13,771 nt of DNA from Candidatus Micrarchaeota archaeon (GCA_043816005.1 JBDRIM010000010.1:1-13771), one strand, 5' to 3'. Numbered from the stretch's first letter, positions 1-7,551 are shown. Notes: generated by a model not told the origin, from the sequence alone. Made by a program: numbers and translations.

Positions 1-102
1 AGATTGGCCGATTACTATTGGCCCTGAACCTATTACTAGTACTTTACCAATTTGTTGGCAAATCTTGTTATTTGACAAGGCTTTTTTTGGTTTAATTGTC
101 AT
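1..102 (-). CDS. carB: Carbamoyl-phosphate synthase large subunit, N-terminal 34 codons (runs off the left edge; not in the ORF track)
   Basis: Manual translation from ATG at 102: MTIKPKKALSNNKICQQIGKVLVIGSGPIVIGQS. KVLxIGSGPIVIGQ is the CarB N-terminal signature. An AGGTG SD lies at 118-114, and the gene is downstream of carA on the same strand. Confidence 0.93.
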   Translation of the reverse strand, partial: MTIKPKKALSNNKICQQIGKVLVIGSGPIVIGQS

Positions 103-117
103 CAGATATACTACACC

Positions 118-465
118 TTAATGTTTGCAATTTTCATCATGTTTATGTTCATGTTTGTGTTCGTGTTTATGCTCGCCTTCGTGAGTGTGTTTGTGCTCTC
201 CTTCATCTGCTTTTTGGTCTCGGGACATTTTTTGCATAAAATCAAACATAAACCTTGATCCTTCAAAGAATGAGGTTTGGGCAAGTTCTTGCCGTGACAT
301 TTCTTTCAGTTTTTTCTTTTCGGCATTCCAGAGTTCCATAAATGCACGTGCTGTTACATCATTGATAAATTGCTGGAAACTTTCTGCTATTTTTTCAGGA
401 GGTATGCAAACATGTGTTTTATCTTTTACATTTTCAGGCAAAACACCTTCATCCCCTGATAACAT
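118..465 (-). CDS. Hypothetical protein with His-rich C-terminal tail; probably the 3' part of a frameshifted gene starting at 593
   Basis: 115-aa ORF ending ...GEHKHTHEGEHKHEHKHEHKHDENCKH. It has no obvious SD of its own, has an in-frame TGA directly upstream (468-466), and overlaps the 426-593 ORF by 40 nt. Confidence 0.7.
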   Translation of the reverse strand: MLSGDEGVLPENVKDKTHVCIPPEKIAESFQQFINDVTARAFMELWNAEKKKLKEMSRQELAQTSFFEGSRFMFDFMQKMSRDQKADEGEHKHTHEGEHKHEHKHEHKHDENCKH

Positions 466-593
466 TCATAGCAAGTGTGCTCTTTATCAGTTCCTTTAGT
501 TGGGTCTAATTGACATTGATCACAAAAAGTATCATTGCCACAAAAACTGCATTTTACGTTGTTTTCATTTTTTCCTTCTAGTTTTTCAGTCAT
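426..593 (-). CDS. Cys-rich putative zinc-finger segment, 55 aa (not in the ORF track); probably the 5' part of the same frameshifted gene
   Basis: MTEKLEGKNENNVKCSFCGNDTFCDQCQLDPTKGTDKEHTCYECYQGMKVFCLKM*, with CxxC, CxxC and HxCxxC. The ATG is 9 nt after the carA stop, preceded by AGTGA. Confidence 0.75.
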   Translation of the reverse strand: MTEKLEGKNENNVKCSFCGNDTFCDQCQLDPTKGTDKEHTCYECYQGMKVFCLKM

Positions 594-602
594 AACATCA
601 CT

Positions 603-1664
603 TCAAATCAATTTTACAAATTCATCGAATATGAACCTTGTATCATGAGGGCCAGGACATGCTTCAGGATGGTATTGTATTGAAATTATATCTTTATCAG
701 TACATGCCATACCCTCAACACTTTTATCATTCACATTTATTTGAGTAAGTTCAAAATTTTCAGGTATTTTGTTAACAGCAAATCCGTGATTCTGAGTTGT
801 AATGTAAGTTCTTTTATTTTTAATATTCAGAACAGCATGATTTGAACCACGATGACCGAATTTTAATTTTGTTGTATTTCCACCAAACGCATGTGCAAGA
901 AGTTGGTGACCGAGACAGATAGCTAGAATAGGACAAATTCCACCTAATTTTTTTATTACAGAATGTGCATTCGTCAGAATTGCAGGGTCTCCTGGACCAT
1001 TCGATAACAAAATACCATCTGGTTCGATTTTCTTTATATCATCTACAGTACTCGAACACGGAAGACGATGGACCTCACAACCACGTTCAACAAGTTGGCG
1101 AATGATATTCATTTTCACACCATAGTCAATAAGTGCAATTTTCTTTTTGTTTCCCTTACCAAATATTTCACATGATTTTGTTGATACTTTTGAAACAAAA
1201 TCAATTGCAGAATAATCAAATCCATGCATTTTTCCAATAAGTTTTTTTACATCAAGTTCTTCATCTGATGTTGCAAGGATTGCAGGCATTACACCTTTAT
1301 CACGAATATGACGGACTAGGAAACGTGTATCTATACCATAAAGACCTGGTATTTTGTATTCTTTGAGAAACGAATCAATATTTTTTGTTGAGTCACGATG
1401 TTGATAATCATGACTCAGTTCACGAATTACAAAACCATTTGGTTGTATTCTATCACTTTCCTGATCGTTTTTGTTGATTCCATAATTGCCGATTAGTGGA
1501 TATGTCATGAGGAGAATTTGACCACCATAACTAGGATCGGTTAACGACTCTTGATAACCCATCATAGACGTGTTAAAGACTAGTTCACCTAGCATTTCGG
1601 TTTTTGCACCAAAACCTGATCCGTGGATCACAGTGCCGTCTTTCAAAGCTAAAACTGCTTTCAT
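603..1664 (-). CDS. carA: Carbamoyl-phosphate synthase small (glutaminase) subunit
   Basis: Motifs GELVFNTSMMGYQESLTDPSY, LSNGPGDP, ICLGHQ (catalytic Cys), TQNHGF and QYHPE. Start moved from GTG 1676 to ATG 1664, because GGTGA at 1677-1673 fits as the SD and the argF stop is at 1668-1666. Confidence 0.97.
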   Translation of the reverse strand: MKAVLALKDGTVIHGSGFGAKTEMLGELVFNTSMMGYQESLTDPSYGGQILLMTYPLIGNYGINKNDQESDRIQPNGFVIRELSHDYQHRDSTKNIDSFLKEYKIPGLYGIDTRFLVRHIRDKGVMPAILATSDEELDVKKLIGKMHGFDYSAIDFVSKVSTKSCEIFGKGNKKKIALIDYGVKMNIIRQLVERGCEVHRLPCSSTVDDIKKIEPDGILLSNGPGDPAILTNAHSVIKKLGGICPILAICLGHQLLAHAFGGNTTKLKFGHRGSNHAVLNIKNKRTYITTQNHGFAVNKIPENFELTQINVNDKSVEGMACTDKDIISIQYHPEACPGPHDTRFIFDEFVKLI

Positions 1665-1665
1665 T

Positions 1666-2634
1666 TCATTTTTCACCTAACAATTTTATCAGCAGAGCCA
1701 TTTGTGCCCACATACGATTTTCTGCTTGATCAAATACTAATGATTTTGGACCTCTGAGACCATATTCGTCAATCTCATAGTCAATGTGGGCAGGCATATC
1801 ATGCATAGAGTGTGCTTGCGATCCGGCAATATCAAGAGTTTTTTTATTTAGTTGATAAGGTAACAATGCTTTTTCTCGCCTCTCTTTTTCTTGAGCAAAT
1901 TTCGGATCACTGAAAAATTCCATATTAACCCAAGTATCAGTGTAAAGAATATCTGCACCAGAAACTGCTTTTTCAAGATTTGATTCTTCGTGATAATTTG
2001 GCTGTGCGCATAGCCATTTTAATTGTTCTTCATCAAGACTATTTGGATCGCGTTCTGGTGTGCATAATGTAAAATTTGCACCGGTTCGTACTGCTGCTAG
2101 TGAAAGAGAATTACTCACATTATTTGCAATTCCAAGATAGGTGATTTTGATGTCTTTGGTTTTGTTGAATTTTTCTTTTACTGTCATCATATCAGCTAAA
2201 GCTTGGCAAGGATGATATTTCTCACAGAGCCCATTGATCACAGGAACTCTCGAGGTTTTGGTCATTTCCATTACCGTTGCATTTTTGAGTGGTCTGACCA
2301 TTATTGCATCTACATAACGAGAGATAACTTTGGCCTCATCTTGGACTCCCCCCATGGCAAGAAGCTTTGCTTCTTGACTGTCGCGAACCTCAGTTCGCAA
2401 CATAGCAAGTTGGGTGGTTCTCCAATCAACATAAATTGCATGACCACCTAATTTGGTCATTCCAGTTTCAAAAGACAACCTTGTACGTGTAGATGTTTTC
2501 TGAAAAATCATTGCAAGAGTTTTGTGACTAAGAGTGTTTTCAAATTTTGTCGGATTCTTCTTTATTTCTAATCCCAAATCGATTACTGATTCAATCCATT
2601 TCCCATCGTAATCTTTCAATGCTACAACATGCAT
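1666..2634 (-). CDS. argF: Ornithine carbamoyltransferase (ATCase/OTCase family) with a 16-aa insertion
   Basis: Motifs FQKTSTRTRLSFE (carbamoyl-phosphate site), INGL, HPCQALAD, YTDTW, HDMPA (variant of HCLP) and FDQAENR. It lies next to carA/carB. Confidence 0.9.
   Translation of the reverse strand: MHVVALKDYDGKWIESVIDLGLEIKKNPTKFENTLSHKTLAMIFQKTSTRTRLSFETGMTKLGGHAIYVDWRTTQLAMLRTEVRDSQEAKLLAMGGVQDEAKVISRYVDAIMVRPLKNATVMEMTKTSRVPVINGLCEKYHPCQALADMMTVKEKFNKTKDIKITYLGIANNVSNSLSLAAVRTGANFTLCTPERDPNSLDEEQLKWLCAQPNYHEESNLEKAVSGADILYTDTWVNMEFFSDPKFAQEKERREKALLPYQLNKKTLDIAGSQAHSMHDMPAHIDYEIDEYGLRGPKSLVFDQAENRMWAQMALLIKLLGEK
2353..2409. repeat. In-frame double-hairpin insert in argF flanked by a 9-nt imperfect direct repeat
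   Basis: CATGGCAAG (2353-2361) and CATAGCAAG (2401-2409), period 48 nt. Hairpins: CAAGAAGC-TTT-GCTTCTTG (2358-2376) and GCGAAC-CTCA-GTTCGC (2383-2398). Confidence 0.85.
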
Positions 2635-2685
2635 ACTCTCGCCTCTCTAAATTCTAAGAACTAGGAGATTTTATCTCAGTGCTAA

Positions 2686-2693
2686 TTTATAAA
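2686..2693 (-). promoter_or_regulatory. Putative TATA box for the argF-carA-carB operon
   Basis: TTTATAAA about 52 nt upstream of the argF ATG; a GAGG SD-like sequence precedes the ATG. Confidence 0.55.
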
Positions 2694-2718
2694 GTTATTG
2701 AAATTTTTGGAACAGAAG

Positions 2719-3411
2719 TTAGGTGTATACGAATAAATTTTTAAGGAAAATAGTTGGTTCGTCAAAAGAATCATGTGGAAGAGACATAAGAACTTGTAAT
2801 GGGTCGCGTCCGGTTTTTTCTTCTATTGCACGCATGAGAAGATATCCATTAACATAAATTGGACGTTTTTCTATAGTATCTAGAACATTCAGGTCTGGAT
2901 ACAATCTTTGAGCAACTTTCTCTCCGTAATAGGTTGCAAGACCCTCATAGATAGCAAGTCCGAATGATCCAGGAATTTGCTCTGCATCGTCAGTAAGTAA
3001 ATGAGTTAATTCGTGTGCAAGAAAATAATCTAATTCTTTTGCTCTTGAAAGAACAGACGAACTGGAAATAAGGAGTATAACATTCTCACCAGTTACAGCA
3101 TAACCCGCCATTGGTCTGAACTCAGAACTTAGTATACCAGCTAAACCTCTTGCTGCAAAAAGAAATGGTGCTGCAAATGGAGTCAATGCTCTTGACAAAA
3201 CATCATCAGAAAATGAATCAGGCTTAGGGAAAAGTGCTTTTTTAGTTGGATACCATACGTTCGCAAGAAAACTTGATACAAATCTAGTATGTACGCGTAT
3301 GGTGATGTCTCCATTTATACGTCTGCCTAGAGCTTCCTCACACAGTGGTTTAATTACTTTTAATCTTTCTGAAGCTAGTTTTCTTACTTCTGAGCGTCTT
3401 AATGTTCTCAC
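2719..3411 (-). CDS. Putative zinc metallopeptidase (HEXXH plus downstream E, gluzincin-like)
   Basis: LAHELTH followed by IYEGLATY and a later YVNGY. The GTG start is about 25 nt downstream of TTTTATAAA (3444-3436), suggesting a leaderless transcript. Confidence 0.7.
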   Translation of the reverse strand: MRTLRRSEVRKLASERLKVIKPLCEEALGRRINGDITIRVHTRFVSSFLANVWYPTKKALFPKPDSFSDDVLSRALTPFAAPFLFAARGLAGILSSEFRPMAGYAVTGENVILLISSSSVLSRAKELDYFLAHELTHLLTDDAEQIPGSFGLAIYEGLATYYGEKVAQRLYPDLNVLDTIEKRPIYVNGYLLMRAIEEKTGRDPLQVLMSLPHDSFDEPTIFLKNLFVYT

Positions 3412-3484
3412 AATATAATGTATGTGGCATTTAATTTATAAAATATGGTTTTTGATGTAAGTAAAAATTAATATTTAATTGGTC

Positions 3485-4705
3485 TTAGGATTTCTTGTGA
3501 TCATCAATAATTTTTGTGGCTTCATCGTGTGCTTGTTGAAGTGGAATTTGACCGAACCTATGGCCTTCAAAATCAGCCCTAACTTGCTCTGCAAGTGGTC
3601 TGTGACTTAAAGCATATTGAAAATAACTTAACGTCTGACTTAATGGAACTAGGAGTACTTTAGCTGCATTTTCAACAGTTGCACTCATTGCTCTTGTTGC
3701 AAGTTCAACACCATTAACAGTTTCCCTTACGCCAAATAATGCGGCTTTCCTTGCTGAGACATAAAGTTGATCAAAACCTTCAAGTCGAAAATTGTTCATA
3801 AGTCCTACGACTAAGTCTAATGCCTGTTGTTTTTGCATTTCTCTAGAAACCCTCCTTATTGGATTTGATTCTATCTCAGCTGGGTCTGCTGGTCTAAAAG
3901 CCATATTTAGCATGTATGGGACACCGTCAGCAAAAGTACGGCCACCTACAACCCTACCTTCGTTTAAAGGTGGTTGCTTCCAAAATGGAATATGAGTTCC
4001 ATCTGGCATGACACAAATTATACTTGATCCGCCACTTGCCTCGTGAATTCTAAGTCTTCGAGCAGTATATTCTAATTTTGATGGATCGCCTGATTCCACA
4101 TATTCAGTTGATTGTCCTCTAAATTCTGCCTCAAAAACAGTACCTACTGCTTTGGCACCAAGATGTTCTTCCAAAACAGTGTGGCGTGCTGCGTACATAA
4201 GGCCACCAATCCCCATAGTTTGGAAATCTACAGGTGTACCAAAAGTCATTTGAGAATAAACTGCATCTGCAACAGCACCATACTGCCAATAAACCATTTT
4301 TGGTCTTGCTAGAACCGATCCCTGACTGTATGCTATAACACCCAATTCATCATGAATTATTGCAATTGCCATGAATGGATGATCTTCAAAAATCTCCCTC
4401 CTAGTATTCATATCTTCAAGTCTTTGTCTGATCAATGATGTTGGTTCTGCTTCGTTTGGATTGGGAAAGAAATGGGTGTATATACCTGGTTTAACTCCAG
4501 TTGGTTCTGATGCATCAAAACCAATACCATGAGCAGCAACTTCAGAACTAGGATCACGAATTTCTACTACTCTTAATACTTGATAAAGTGGTTTGTGAGT
4601 TATTGGATCTGGTGCTTGTAATTTTTCAGCTAATCGTCTACCAATGTAATGTTCACGAACTTGGATAGGTCTATTTTCTTGTTTAGTTATTGGTCCTGCT
4701 GCTAT
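3485..4705 (-). CDS. Hypothetical protein with a divergent GNAT acetyltransferase-like region; probable ATA start (about 406 aa)
   Basis: The frame stays open 90 codons upstream of the track's TTG (4435) to an ATA placed 4 nt after GGTGA. GNAT-like pieces: IYTHFFP..E, YGAV, FQTMGIGGLM, VFEAE, RRLRIHEASG. The fold call is inference. Confidence 0.65.
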   Translation of the reverse strand: MAAGPITKQENRPIQVREHYIGRRLAEKLQAPDPITHKPLYQVLRVVEIRDPSSEVAAHGIGFDASEPTGVKPGIYTHFFPNPNEAEPTSLIRQRLEDMNTRREIFEDHPFMAIAIIHDELGVIAYSQGSVLARPKMVYWQYGAVADAVYSQMTFGTPVDFQTMGIGGLMYAARHTVLEEHLGAKAVGTVFEAEFRGQSTEYVESGDPSKLEYTARRLRIHEASGGSSIICVMPDGTHIPFWKQPPLNEGRVVGGRTFADGVPYMLNMAFRPADPAEIESNPIRRVSREMQKQQALDLVVGLMNNFRLEGFDQLYVSARKAALFGVRETVNGVELATRAMSATVENAAKVLLVPLSQTLSYFQYALSHRPLAEQVRADFEGHRFGQIPLQQAHDEATKIIDDHKKS

Positions 4706-4736
4706 GTGATCACCAATTACTATTGCTCATAATAGG

Positions 4737-4744
4737 TATATAAA
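4737..4744 (-). promoter_or_regulatory. Putative TATA box for the 3485-4705 gene
   Basis: TTTATATA on the minus strand, about 23 nt upstream of the GGTGA SD at 4714-4710. Confidence 0.55.
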
Positions 4745-4875
4745 CGTTATTATCCATTAATTGCCACTGAAAGTATTTATAAAAGAATGGCCAAACGTAG
4801 GACAATCGTCTGGTTTAAATACCTTTGTAAGGTAATATCTAATTCGCAACTTTTGCTTATTTAGAGGTATATTAC

Positions 4876-5181
4876 ATGACTAAAGTTAGAATAAAATTAA
4901 GTGGTGAGGACCCTGCTGCCCTCGATAATGTAGTTGAACAGATAAAGAATTTATCTTCAACATTAAGTATGAGATTTATTGGTCCTGTCAGGCTACCAAG
5001 AAGAAAAATGGAGATTGCCTGTAGAAGAACTCCTTGTGGAGATGGTACTGATACTTACGAACATTGGGAAAAAAGAGTTCACAAAAGACTTTGTGATGTC
5101 GAAGGCGATGAAAAATATATCAAACAAATTCTGAGAATTAAAGTTCCAACCAATGTTTTTGTTAAAATCTCACTTGGTTAG
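4876..5181 (+). CDS. rps10: 30S ribosomal protein uS10 (archaeal type)
   Basis: Motifs RIKL, GPVRLP, RRTPCGDGTDTYEHWE.RVHKRL. GAGGT SD just upstream; TATA-like TTTAAATA at 4814-4821. Confidence 0.95.
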   Translation: MTKVRIKLSGEDPAALDNVVEQIKNLSSTLSMRFIGPVRLPRRKMEIACRRTPCGDGTDTYEHWEKRVHKRLCDVEGDEKYIKQILRIKVPTNVFVKISLG

Positions 5182-5184
5182 TTA

Positions 5185-5781
5185 TTAATCAAGATGAGAT
5201 AATATTCTTATAGCTGCATTAGAAACCTCACTGCTCAGATCTCCCCTCAATTGTATAATAGCCTGTTTGAGGGATGGGTGAACCCCAGTATTATCAACAA
5301 CTACCCGACTCTCGATTTGATTAAGTGCAAGTCTTTTTTCATTTTCACCGCCGTTAAGTAGAAGTGCTTCCAGAAAACCATACCCAATAGTCTTTACATG
5401 ATTATTATTTGAATAAAGTAAAGAACCAAAAATACCAATTATACCAAGACGTTCATAATCCGTGCCACGTAAAGCATAATATCGCAGATCAACAACCAAA
5501 GTATGGAGAAACGGATCATTATTTTCACGTTCAAATATGCCTGTGAAAAAATTTTTCAGACGAACTCTAAGATCATAATTAGAACTATTAAAGATTGCAA
5601 TAAAATTCCTTAGAAGATCTGGTTGTTGTTTAAGTTTATCAAAAAGTGCTAAATCTTGATGAACGTTTAACGCAGATGCAATCTGGCGTTTCGCCCACCA
5701 TGCAACTAATGGATTTTGATGTTTGAATCCTCGCTCTTGCTCATGTGCAACATGACCAAGTACTGCGTGTCTGATACTCAC
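5185..5781 (-). CDS. Hypothetical alpha-helical protein, possibly HEAT/ARM-like
   Basis: 198-aa ORF with a GTG start after a GGTGGGGGG SD-like run. Amphipathic helical segments, ending in DLSSEVSNAAIRIL. Confidence 0.55.
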   Translation of the reverse strand: MSIRHAVLGHVAHEQERGFKHQNPLVAWWAKRQIASALNVHQDLALFDKLKQQPDLLRNFIAIFNSSNYDLRVRLKNFFTGIFERENNDPFLHTLVVDLRYYALRGTDYERLGIIGIFGSLLYSNNNHVKTIGYGFLEALLLNGGENEKRLALNQIESRVVVDNTGVHPSLKQAIIQLRGDLSSEVSNAAIRILSHLD

Positions 5782-5930
5782 AGGATCCCCCCACCATAAT
5801 ATGGTGGATAGACGGGTTTTTGTGGATTGTGGTTTTGTGTAAAGACGAAAGATATTTAAGCCGAACTATGAAATAATCAATCCACGAATTATTACATTAG
5901 ATGAATTTTTTTAAAATATGAGGTAATGTC

Positions 5931-6042
5931 ATGGGTGCTAAACCAAGAAAATGGAAATCGATCCGAACAAGTTCGGTTCTTTCCATTTTCTCTGACGTTT
6001 TTAAGAGGTATGAATATGGGTGCTAAACCAAGAAAATGGAAA
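5931..6042 (+). repeat. Exact 27-nt direct repeat of the first 9 codons of eL41, with an inverted copy between the two repeats
   Basis: ATGGGTGCTAAACCAAGAAAATGGAAA at 5931-5957 and 6016-6042. TTTCCATTTTCT (5980-5991) is the reverse complement of AGAAAATGGAAA. Confidence 0.95.
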
Positions 6043-6129
6043 AAGAAAAACAGAATGCGCTGGAATTGGGTAACGAAAAAGCGCAAACGACTTAGAAAAA
6101 AAATTAAACGAAGAGTAGGTGAACTCTAG
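6016..6129 (+). CDS. rpl41e: Ribosomal protein eL41 (L41e), 37 aa
   Basis: MGAKPRKWKKKNRMRWNWVTKKRKRLRKKIKRRVGEL matches the archaeal L41e pattern PRKWKKKxRMRWxWxKKRxRRL. GAGGTA SD at 6005-6010. Confidence 0.88.
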   Translation: MGAKPRKWKKKNRMRWNWVTKKRKRLRKKIKRRVGEL

Positions 6130-6517
6130 AACATTGATGCGGTCCTTCAACATGGTGCTCCGCAGGAGCACCTTCTCTAATTCTTTGAAATGTTGAAGCA
6201 TCGTAAGTAGATACTGGAATATAAACCAAATAAACATAGCGAGTTGGATTAAAACTTGCTGTTCTTTCATCTCTTGTCGGTTCTTGACCATCAGTAACAA
6301 AAATTAGAGAACACTTTTTTTCTGTTTCAAGTTCTCTTACTCTGGATGATGCAACTCTAGGATTTATTGCAACTAAACGAGTTACAAAAATTCCAAGAGT
6401 TTCTTCTCTGTCGCCCAGAGTACACACTAAAAGATCTACAGGTTTACTAACTTTTCCATTTGATTTTGTGGCATGCACGATAGCATAATTACTGTGTTGA
6501 ATTGTTCGAGGATTCAT
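6104..6517 (-). CDS. Hypothetical protein
   Basis: 137-aa ORF with ATG after a GGTGG SD. No recognisable motif. Its 3' end overlaps eL41 convergently by 26 nt. Confidence 0.5.
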   Translation of the reverse strand: MNPRTIQHSNYAIVHATKSNGKVSKPVDLLVCTLGDREETLGIFVTRLVAINPRVASSRVRELETEKKCSLIFVTDGQEPTRDERTASFNPTRYVYLVYIPVSTYDASTFQRIREGAPAEHHVEGPHQCSRVHLLFV

Positions 6518-6644
6518 GTATCCACCATTTATCTGATATTACCATACATAAAAAATATAAACTGATGTTTCGTTTTTTTAATTTGTTAAACTGTATTAGA
6601 CACAACTTTAAATATTGTTGGATAAAATAATATATTGTGTTGTC

Positions 6645-7466
6645 ATGACTAATATGAGATTTCAAAGCTTAGCTAGATCCATCCCAACAAAAGCGCAGAC
6701 TGCAGCACGAGCAGTACAAAGACTTGAGAATTGGGGAACTTATCTTATGGACTGTGTTGGCCTTGCAGGTTCAGATAGATTAGTATACACCTTAAGAGAT
6801 GGAACTAAATTTGCAGTTAGAGCAGGAACTGTTGATAGGTATGTTCTCAACGAAGTTGTTTTTAGACGTGGATATTTCCCCGATGGTTTTTCCATAGAAA
6901 AAAATGATACCGTAGTTGAGATTGGAGGCCACATTGGAATATTTACTGTTTTAGCTGCAAGAATGGCACCACAGGGAAAAGTTTATACTTTTGAACCAAA
7001 TCCAGATAACTTTCAGATGCTTGGTACAAATCTTGCCATGAACCGAGTTGGTAATGTAATTGCAAGGCAGGAAGCAGTATCCGATACCAGTGGTTCAGTA
7101 TCTTTATACCTTGATCATAGAAACACTGGCGGGCATTCGATACACCAAAGTGATAACACTGGAACTGGAATAACTGTGAGAACTACTACTTTGGCTGACA
7201 TAATTAGTCAGAATAGACTGGAAAAAATTGATTTCCTGAAAATGGATTGTGAAGGAGCAGAATACGAAATATTCAGAAGTGTGCCATTGGAAGTTTTAGC
7301 AATGGTAAGAAAAATAGCAATGGAATGTCATGATCAGGGTGAAGGAAGAAATAGTAGATTGATGGTAGGTTTACTCCGTAGACATGGATTTGATGTTGTT
7401 GTTAAAACCGAACGATTCGATGATAAATTATCGATGATTTATGCAACGCGGACCTATGATAACTAA
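6645..7466 (+). CDS. FkbM-family SAM-dependent methyltransferase
   Basis: Motifs VEIGGHIGIFT, VYTFEPNP and IDFLKMDCEGAE. Start placed at ATG 6645, about 30 nt after TTTAAATA at 6608-6615; the track's TTG start overlaps that box. Confidence 0.9.
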   Translation: MTNMRFQSLARSIPTKAQTAARAVQRLENWGTYLMDCVGLAGSDRLVYTLRDGTKFAVRAGTVDRYVLNEVVFRRGYFPDGFSIEKNDTVVEIGGHIGIFTVLAARMAPQGKVYTFEPNPDNFQMLGTNLAMNRVGNVIARQEAVSDTSGSVSLYLDHRNTGGHSIHQSDNTGTGITVRTTTLADIISQNRLEKIDFLKMDCEGAEYEIFRSVPLEVLAMVRKIAMECHDQGEGRNSRLMVGLLRRHGFDVVVKTERFDDKLSMIYATRTYDN

Positions 7467-7517
7467 AAAAGCACAGAGAATAGGTTTTTAAACTCGTCTC
7501 ATAAAAGAATAGTTCTA

Positions 7518-7544
7518 CCCGTAGTACCACTTCAAGTGGGAGGG
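7518..7544 (+). promoter_or_regulatory. Putative uL1-binding autoregulatory leader (rRNA mimic) overlapping the rpl1 SD
   Basis: CCC-GTAGTA-CCAC-TTCAA-GTGG-GA-GGG: two helices around an asymmetric loop. It contains the GUGGGAGG and UACCAC strands known from the 23S rRNA L1 site. TATA-like TTTTAAA at 7486-7492. Confidence 0.75.
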
Positions 7545-7551
7545 ATTTATT

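Noticed and set aside
121..205. Tandem DNA repeat in the His-rich tail
   Set aside because: Degenerate at DNA level and explained by the HEHK/GEHK peptide repeat.
426..465. Classical programmed -1 frameshift signal
   Set aside because: No in-frame X XXY YYZ heptamer or obvious stimulatory structure; only a G4 run.
5931..6042. CRISPR mini-array or spliced mRNA intron at the eL41 repeat
   Set aside because: Only two copies, identical to coding sequence, and no cas genes in the window. I found no 4-bp helix with two 3-nt bulges at junctions that would remove 85 nt.
5926..6129. 67-aa N-terminally extended eL41 from ATG 5926
   Set aside because: That ATG directly abuts the GAGGTA SD (no spacing), and the extension reads through the duplicated/hairpin DNA. 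ATG 6016 gives a typical eL41.
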